From: an uncultured virus (IMG/VR IMGVR_UViG_3300042292_001068)
Taxonomy: Duplodnaviria; Heunggongvirae; Uroviricota; Caudoviricetes
Virus record (IMG/VR): IMGVR_UViG_3300042292_001068
Strand: one strand, 5' to 3'
DNA length: 40,573 nt
The notes below the pieces were generated by a model. It saw only the letters and a list, made by a program, of their open reading frames with translations. It made no database searches and was not told the origin of the DNA. The position numbers and the translations under genes were made by a program. Shown in pieces: positions 35,707 through 40,573 of the stretch (position 1 is the stretch's first letter; the number at the start of each line of letters is the position of its first letter).

Positions 35707-36936
35707 ATGATTGAAAAATATAATTTCAAGCCATCACTAACTTTTGATGAAAAGTACGGAACATCCGTTTCTAAAACTGATTGGGTATTTCCTAATGGAT
35801 ATACTGCCGATGAAGTTTATGATAAAATTATTTATCCTTTAATAAACAGAGAAAACAAAAAGAATTGGGAAAGGGTTGATAATTATATTGCTAAATTAAA
35901 TAGGTCGAATTTTGATTATCCTAAATTTAATTCATTGTCCGAAGATGATTTATGGAGTGTGCTTAATGGTATGGTAAGTGGATTTAATTATGACGACATT
36001 GTTTATTTTATTACTAAATGGGATTATACCAATCCTGTGGAAAGCAATAAAAATAAAAAAACACAAAATGAGTTAGTAAAATTAGGTGTAAATGAAAGAG
36101 ATATACGATGGATTGTTTCTCAAAAAACATTTCTCAAATTAAAAGAACAATTAAAGAATAAAAATATTCGTTTTGATGGTGGTGGAGATGTAAATAAATT
36201 CAAAGAATTAATCGAAGGATATAAGTTAGCGTTAGAAGTTGAACAGGATGCTGAAAAGATAAAACACTATCAAGATATTATTGATGGATATGAAATTGCT
36301 TTGGAATTAAATGGTAATACTACAAATGATTTAATAGAGAAGTTAGTGGAAGATTACGATGAAAACGAAAAACCTGTAATTGCAATTATTGATTGTGTTG
36401 GTGTTCACGAAATTAAAATAAAAAACTTTGATGAAAAAAAAGCAACGGATATAATGAATAAATATCTGAAACAATATAAAATTCAAGTTATTAAATGGTC
36501 AAGTAGTTCGTGTGGTTATGCTTATACGAAAAGAAATAAAGAAGGTTATTATAGAATTAAAGTTCCCAAGCCAACAGATTCAGATAGATTTGGAGTAGTA
36601 ATGCACGAAATTTATCATTGTATAGATAGTGGCTTTACTAAACCAAGTTATTTGGCAGAGTTTAAATGTGATAAGTTCGCACTTGATAATTTAAAGGAAA
36701 TGAATTTAGACACAACTATTTGGGAGAAAAGAATGAAGTGGCATATTTTGAGTAGAGTTGCTATGGCTACCAATCGTGGACATAAAAATATAAATAAAGA
36801 TGTTGAGAATTTTTATCCCGATGTTGATTTTAAATCGTGGTATGGTAAAAAAGTTTTTGTTGGAGTTAGACCACCAAAAGGAATTGGGTATAAGAACCCT
36901 ACATATTGGGATTACATTTACATAGATATTGATTAA
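35707..36936 (+). CDS. modular protein: N-terminal domain, FDGGG, LIEGYxLALE tag, HEXXH zincin-like domain
   Basis: RFDGGGDV then ELIEGYKLALEVEQDAEKIKHYQDIIDGYEIALEL; VMHEIYHC...LAEFKCD. Confidence 0.8.
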   Translation: MIEKYNFKPSLTFDEKYGTSVSKTDWVFPNGYTADEVYDKIIYPLINRENKKNWERVDNYIAKLNRSNFDYPKFNSLSEDDLWSVLNGMVSGFNYDDIVYFITKWDYTNPVESNKNKKTQNELVKLGVNERDIRWIVSQKTFLKLKEQLKNKNIRFDGGGDVNKFKELIEGYKLALEVEQDAEKIKHYQDIIDGYEIALELNGNTTNDLIEKLVEDYDENEKPVIAIIDCVGVHEIKIKNFDEKKATDIMNKYLKQYKIQVIKWSSSSCGYAYTKRNKEGYYRIKVPKPTDSDRFGVVMHEIYHCIDSGFTKPSYLAEFKCDKFALDNLKEMNLDTTIWEKRMKWHILSRVAMATNRGHKNINKDVENFYPDVDFKSWYGKKVFVGVRPPKGIGYKNPTYWDYIYIDID

Positions 36937-36976
36937 TTATTTTTTTGTAAGTTTGTTTTAAATTAAAAAATAAATT

Positions 36977-37468
36977 ATGAAAACATTTGACATATTAGTT
37001 AAAAATAGGAGTACAAATTTGTATCAAAAAGCAGGTATAAGTTTAGCATCCACTAAAAAAGGTGCTTTAACAGAGTATTTTAAAACAATATATATTAATT
37101 TAATAAAAAATAAAAATTCTTATTACTTTAATAGATATGCGAAAATATATGGAGAAAGAATTGTAAAAAAACTTACTCTTAATATGGATGAAAGGGAAAT
37201 TCAAAATATGTTATTTCACCATAGACATATAGTAGTGCCTTCACAAGATTTTGAAGAAATTAATTTAACTGAATCAGAAATAAAAAATTTGGCAAAAGCA
37301 GTAAAAACACCAAAAAAGGGATTGAATTTAAGCGAAAGTGCAAGAACAGAAGTAGTAAACGCATTTAAACAATTTAGAGAAGATGTAAAAGCAAATAGAA
37401 CTGCAACAAAGAAACCAACTGCAACAAAGAAAGCAGTTAATAAAAGAGTAATTGCTAAAAAGAAATAA
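36977..37468 (+). CDS. hypothetical protein with a histone-like basic tail
   Basis: C-terminal TATKKPTATKKAVNKRVIAKKK; TAAGTTTG box at 36948-36955. Confidence 0.75.
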   Translation: MKTFDILVKNRSTNLYQKAGISLASTKKGALTEYFKTIYINLIKNKNSYYFNRYAKIYGERIVKKLTLNMDEREIQNMLFHHRHIVVPSQDFEEINLTESEIKNLAKAVKTPKKGLNLSESARTEVVNAFKQFREDVKANRTATKKPTATKKAVNKRVIAKKK

Positions 37469-37471
37469 ATT

Positions 37472-37975
37472 ATGAGTATTTGGAAATATCTTCTCGCAGG
37501 TGGTGTCGGATTCGGTGTCGCTAAATTAATTGGTGGAATTAAAAAAACACAATCAGAACCTTCATCAACATCTTCAAATAAATCAACTACATCTTCAAGT
37601 GATTGGAAAGAAGAAGTACAGGGTGCTATTGATAAAGAAGGTGCTTTATATACTTTTACAGATTATTCTGATTGGAAAGAAATTAAAAGCAAATCATTTC
37701 AAACGGCTTTAACCAATTATAAGAAAGACCTAAAAGCATTTCAGAGTGTAATTAATGGATTACCGAAAAATCAAAAAGAATATGTTGATGGTGTAATTGA
37801 TAAAGAAGGATTTGATTATGCGTTTGATGGTTATTCTAATTTTAATACATTTAGCGAATATGGTGCTGATGGTAAATTTGCAAAAGACACAAAATTCACC
37901 AACCTTAAATTTCAGAACGCAAGAAAACAATATCTTAAATCATATAGAGCATTATTACGAGTAGTAAATAGATAA
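37472..37975 (+). CDS. protein with a Gly-rich hydrophobic leader and a duplicated internal domain
   Basis: YLLAGGVGFGVAKLIGG; V.G.IDKEG..Y.F..YS occurs twice. Confidence 0.8.
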   Translation: MSIWKYLLAGGVGFGVAKLIGGIKKTQSEPSSTSSNKSTTSSSDWKEEVQGAIDKEGALYTFTDYSDWKEIKSKSFQTALTNYKKDLKAFQSVINGLPKNQKEYVDGVIDKEGFDYAFDGYSNFNTFSEYGADGKFAKDTKFTNLKFQNARKQYLKSYRALLRVVNR

Positions 37976-37998
37976 TACTTTTCAATTCCATATATGTT

Positions 37999-38028
37999 AT
38001 CCCCTTCATTATTTGTTGGGGATTTTTT
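37999..38028 (+). terminator. intrinsic terminator (family)
   Basis: ATCCCCTTCATTATTTGTTGGGGATTTTTT, between convergent genes. Confidence 0.8.
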
Positions 38029-38278
38029 ATTGACAATCAATTAATTCGGGTAATTTACTACAATCCCAAAATGCCTTATTATTTACTATTGAATTGTAGA
38101 ATTTCAAAGCATCTAAAATAAAATCAAATTCCTTTTCTGATTCATCGTATTTTATCAAAAATTTACCAAAATAAGGAACATACTCAAATCCATCACCATA
38201 ACCATTTCCATTTTCTGCGATAGTAATTTCTTTATTGATTTCTTTTTTTAATTCCTTCGTTATTTCTATTCTTTCCAT
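38027..38278 (-). CDS. hypothetical protein
   Basis: 83-aa ATG ORF, 2 nt after the upstream stop. Confidence 0.7.
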   Translation of the reverse strand: MERIEITKELKKEINKEITIAENGNGYGDGFEYVPYFGKFLIKYDESEKEFDFILDALKFYNSIVNNKAFWDCSKLPELIDCQ

Positions 38279-38280
38279 AT

Positions 38281-39351
38281 TTACATTTTTTTTAGTATTT
38301 CAATTTCAACATTCAATCTCTTAATCTTATCCATTCTAATTTTTATTTCAACCATCTTGATTTTTTCTTTCACATCTTCATAAGTAGTCTTTGAACAAGA
38401 GTAAAATCCATTTTCTCTATACACTTGTGTTTTTTCATAATATTCATCAAGTGATAATTTGATTTCAAAATTATTAAAGTCCAAAGATTTTCGATTTATA
38501 AAAATACATTTATCTTTTGTTTCGATAGAATATATTTTTATCTTTTGAATATATGGCAATTTTAAAACAGAATGATTTATTCTTTTTTGTTTAACACCAT
38601 TTTCAATCTGTTCAAAATCATCTGAAATGAAATATATAGTATCATTCAATTTTAATTCAGAAAAACTATTTATTTTACGATTATCACTTATAGTCTGATT
38701 AATGATTTGTGCTTTTGATGGTCTGCCCCTTTTTTTAATTCTATTCAAATAGTTAATTTCATTCAGTTCTGATGAATCTGTTTCTATTTTTATTTCATCA
38801 TTACATTGTTCAATAAATTCGGTATTTATCATTTTCATAACAGGTTCATTTATTTGTTTAGAATAAGATTTATCGGGAATGTCTTTTTGTTCATTAGTTT
38901 CGTTTGAAATTGGTGTTTTATTTTTTCTATTATAGTACAAATGAAAAAATCCATTATAAATTCTATTTAAAATAGTTTTTCTATCTTCTTTCTTTTTATC
39001 TAACTCCTTTAAATTATCTGTTTCATAACCTTTATGCGTTAATAATAACTCATATAGTAAGTAATTTAGAAATGCAGATTTAGTTATATCAAGACTTACG
39101 CAGATGTCATTGATTTTATCATAAATTTTATTTGGCAATCTAAAACCCCCCGAATGTACTTTTTTTGAATCATATACTATTTCGTAGTAGTTGAATATAG
39201 TAGGTTCAGTTTTAAAATAATCATTTATTAAGTTCTGAATAAAATGACTTTTCAAAATGTTTTTTGATTCTGATAGTGAAGTAATTTCATTCATTAGTTC
39301 AGATGATGTTCTGAATGATACACATTTAGTTTTTGATTTTTCAGTCGTCAT
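38281..39351 (-). CDS. DNA-binding protein with two ribbon-helix-helix-like domains and an AT-hook
   Basis: VSFRTSSELMNEI...KSHFIQNLI; GFRLPNKIYDKI...TKSAFLNYLL; KKRGRPSK. Start moved to ATG 39351; TATCTTTG box at 39382-39389. Confidence 0.75.
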   Translation of the reverse strand: MTTEKSKTKCVSFRTSSELMNEITSLSESKNILKSHFIQNLINDYFKTEPTIFNYYEIVYDSKKVHSGGFRLPNKIYDKINDICVSLDITKSAFLNYLLYELLLTHKGYETDNLKELDKKKEDRKTILNRIYNGFFHLYYNRKNKTPISNETNEQKDIPDKSYSKQINEPVMKMINTEFIEQCNDEIKIETDSSELNEINYLNRIKKRGRPSKAQIINQTISDNRKINSFSELKLNDTIYFISDDFEQIENGVKQKRINHSVLKLPYIQKIKIYSIETKDKCIFINRKSLDFNNFEIKLSLDEYYEKTQVYRENGFYSCSKTTYEDVKEKIKMVEIKIRMDKIKRLNVEIEILKKM

Positions 39352-39472
39352 AATAATATATTTAAGTTTTTCAATTATTAACAAAGATAATAAATTATTT
39401 AATAAGATAATTACTAATCAATGAAAAAATAAAATACTTATGTGATTTTAAATAATATTACCATTAGTTATA

Positions 39473-39592
39473 GTTCCGAGTTTGTTCCGAGTTTGTTCCG
39501 AGTTTGTTCCGAGTTTGTTCCGAGTTTGTTCCGAGTTTGTTCCGAGTGTTCCGAGTGTTCCGAGTGTTCCGAGTGTTCCGAGTGTTCCGAGT
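39473..39592. repeat. perfect bipartite tandem array: 6 x GTTCCGAGTTT then 6 x GTTCCGAGT
   Basis: Counted directly: 66 bp + 54 bp, no spacers, in a divergent intergenic region. Confidence 0.95.
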
Positions 39593-39643
39593 GTTTTCGA
39601 TAAACAATTTTATTCGTAATTTAGTCGTTTAAAAAAAGAAATT

Positions 39644-40363
39644 ATGCTACCATATTTAATAGCAGGGGCAATCGGTTACGGAATTGCTAAATTAATTGAA
39701 GATGATGAAACACCTAAATATGAATTTGGTGGATTTACAAATGAAGAAGAATTAATTATTGATGAATTAAAAAACAATAAATTATTGGGTGATTATTTAA
39801 CAGGTCAATTCATAGGTAAGAGTAATGAAGCATTATATAATTCATTAAAAAAATATATTCCACTTAAAAATAAATTCCCTAAAATCTTCAAACCAAAATC
39901 AAAAATTTTTTATAGGACTGATACTATTTTAAGAACTCCACAATTAGAATATGAAATAATGGATATGGGTATAGGACAAAGAGATTTACCTTTAATTAGA
40001 CATTTATCTCATTTTTCTGCTGATTTATTAGAAAATGTAAAATACGAACCGAAGAATAAATTACAGGGATGGACTTCCGATAAGGATTTTGTTTTCGAGC
40101 ATTGGTATAATGTATATGTAATGGGTCAAGGTGGTGATTATGTTTTTGATGAAGAAAATTATTTTTCCTGCGTATATGTTTTGAAAGACACAACGGATTT
40201 ATTATTTAATGAGATTTTTTTGGATGAATTAAGAAGTTATTTCAATGGAAATGGTGATGAAAGTGAAAGTTTAAGATTAGGTAGTGAAGTTAATTGCGAT
40301 GTAATTATCATTACCAATTCTGATTTATGGTTAATGGAAGAAGAAGAATATGATAACGACTAA
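39644..40363 (+). CDS. protein with a Gly-rich hydrophobic leader, YEFGG, and a possible ADP-ribosyltransferase-like domain
   Basis: MLPYLIAGAIGYGIAKLI...KYEFGG; IFYRT...QGWTSD...ESE. The ORF is solid; the ART call is weak. Confidence 0.6.
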   Translation: MLPYLIAGAIGYGIAKLIEDDETPKYEFGGFTNEEELIIDELKNNKLLGDYLTGQFIGKSNEALYNSLKKYIPLKNKFPKIFKPKSKIFYRTDTILRTPQLEYEIMDMGIGQRDLPLIRHLSHFSADLLENVKYEPKNKLQGWTSDKDFVFEHWYNVYVMGQGGDYVFDEENYFSCVYVLKDTTDLLFNEIFLDELRSYFNGNGDESESLRLGSEVNCDVIIITNSDLWLMEEEEYDND

Positions 40364-40448
40364 TTATTTTTATTTTAATTATTTATTTTTCAAATAGTTA
40401 AAACCCTTGATGTTAAAGTATCACTTCAAGTAAAACATTTTTTTTATC

Positions 40449-40500
40449 AGTTTATAACCTTAAATTTGCTACTGCTTTTTAAGTTTATAACCTTAAATTT
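40449..40500. repeat. 19-bp direct repeat
   Basis: AGTTTATAACCTTAAATTT at 40449-40467 and 40482-40500. Confidence 0.8.
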
Positions 40501-40573
40501 TTCTTTTTATTTTTATTATAACCCATTCAACGGCTTCATTTCCCTTTCTCACACGCATTTTCGGGCATCAACC

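Noticed and set aside
39473..39592. CRISPR array
   Set aside because: Units are 9-11 bp with no spacers, and no cas gene is in the window.
1..40573. Stop-codon reassignment (TAG or TGA), as in some Bacteroidota phages
   Set aside because: Standard code gives near-complete coding coverage, and TAG/TGA end genes cleanly before terminators or next starts (e.g. 11397, 19907, 33617, 37975).
1..40573. Eukaryotic giant virus (NCLDV) origin
   Set aside because: TM-rich proteins and sulfotransferases are suggestive, but TAnnTTTG promoters, intrinsic terminators, overlapping operonic genes, a lipobox protein and XRE/RHH regulators point to a bacterial host.
1..40573. tRNA, rRNA, integrase, transposase, intron or intein
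   Set aside because: No cloverleaf-like or GC-rich RNA gene and no matching catalytic motifs were seen by eye; a tRNAscan/Infernal run would be needed to exclude them fully.
40536..40573. 3' end of a minus-strand gene entering from beyond the window
   Set aside because: Too short to establish the reading frame or product.

Overview
A very AT-rich, densely coding 40.6-kb segment that looks like part of a large lytic phage of a Bacteroidota (Flavobacteria-like) host. Support: Bacteroidota-type TAnnTTTG promoter boxes before many genes, A-rich leaders without Shine-Dalgarno sites, mostly ORFan genes, and no rRNA, tRNA, CRISPR or housekeeping operon that I can see. No capsid, terminase or portal gene is recognisable, so the viral class is inferred. 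Minus-strand blocks carry short accessory, regulatory and nucleic-acid genes: HAD, XRE-HTH, UVR motif, ASCH-like, DEDDh exonuclease, RNAP alpha-CTD-like, NlpC/P60-like and a double-RHH protein. Plus-strand blocks carry probable virion genes: three fibre proteins sharing one N-terminal anchor domain, a glycosyl/sulfotransferase cassette, many small single-TM proteins and large modular proteins. The most notable signals are: (1) a 1299-aa polyprotein whose modules (two GNAT-like, one HEXXH) are delimited by about ten (Y/F)-x-x-G-G motifs, which also mark boundaries in three other proteins; (2) a portable ~42-aa 'LIEGYELALE x2' tag at the C-terminus, N-terminus and middle of three unrelated proteins; (3) a covarying H-type pseudoknot in the 5' leaders of two adjacent genes; (4) a 6x11 + 6x9 bp repeat array beside a double ribbon-helix-helix gene; (5) promoter-short RNA-terminator units with no ORF. 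Items 1 and 2 may form an undescribed cargo addressing and processing system. All family assignments are by eye from motifs; no database search was run.
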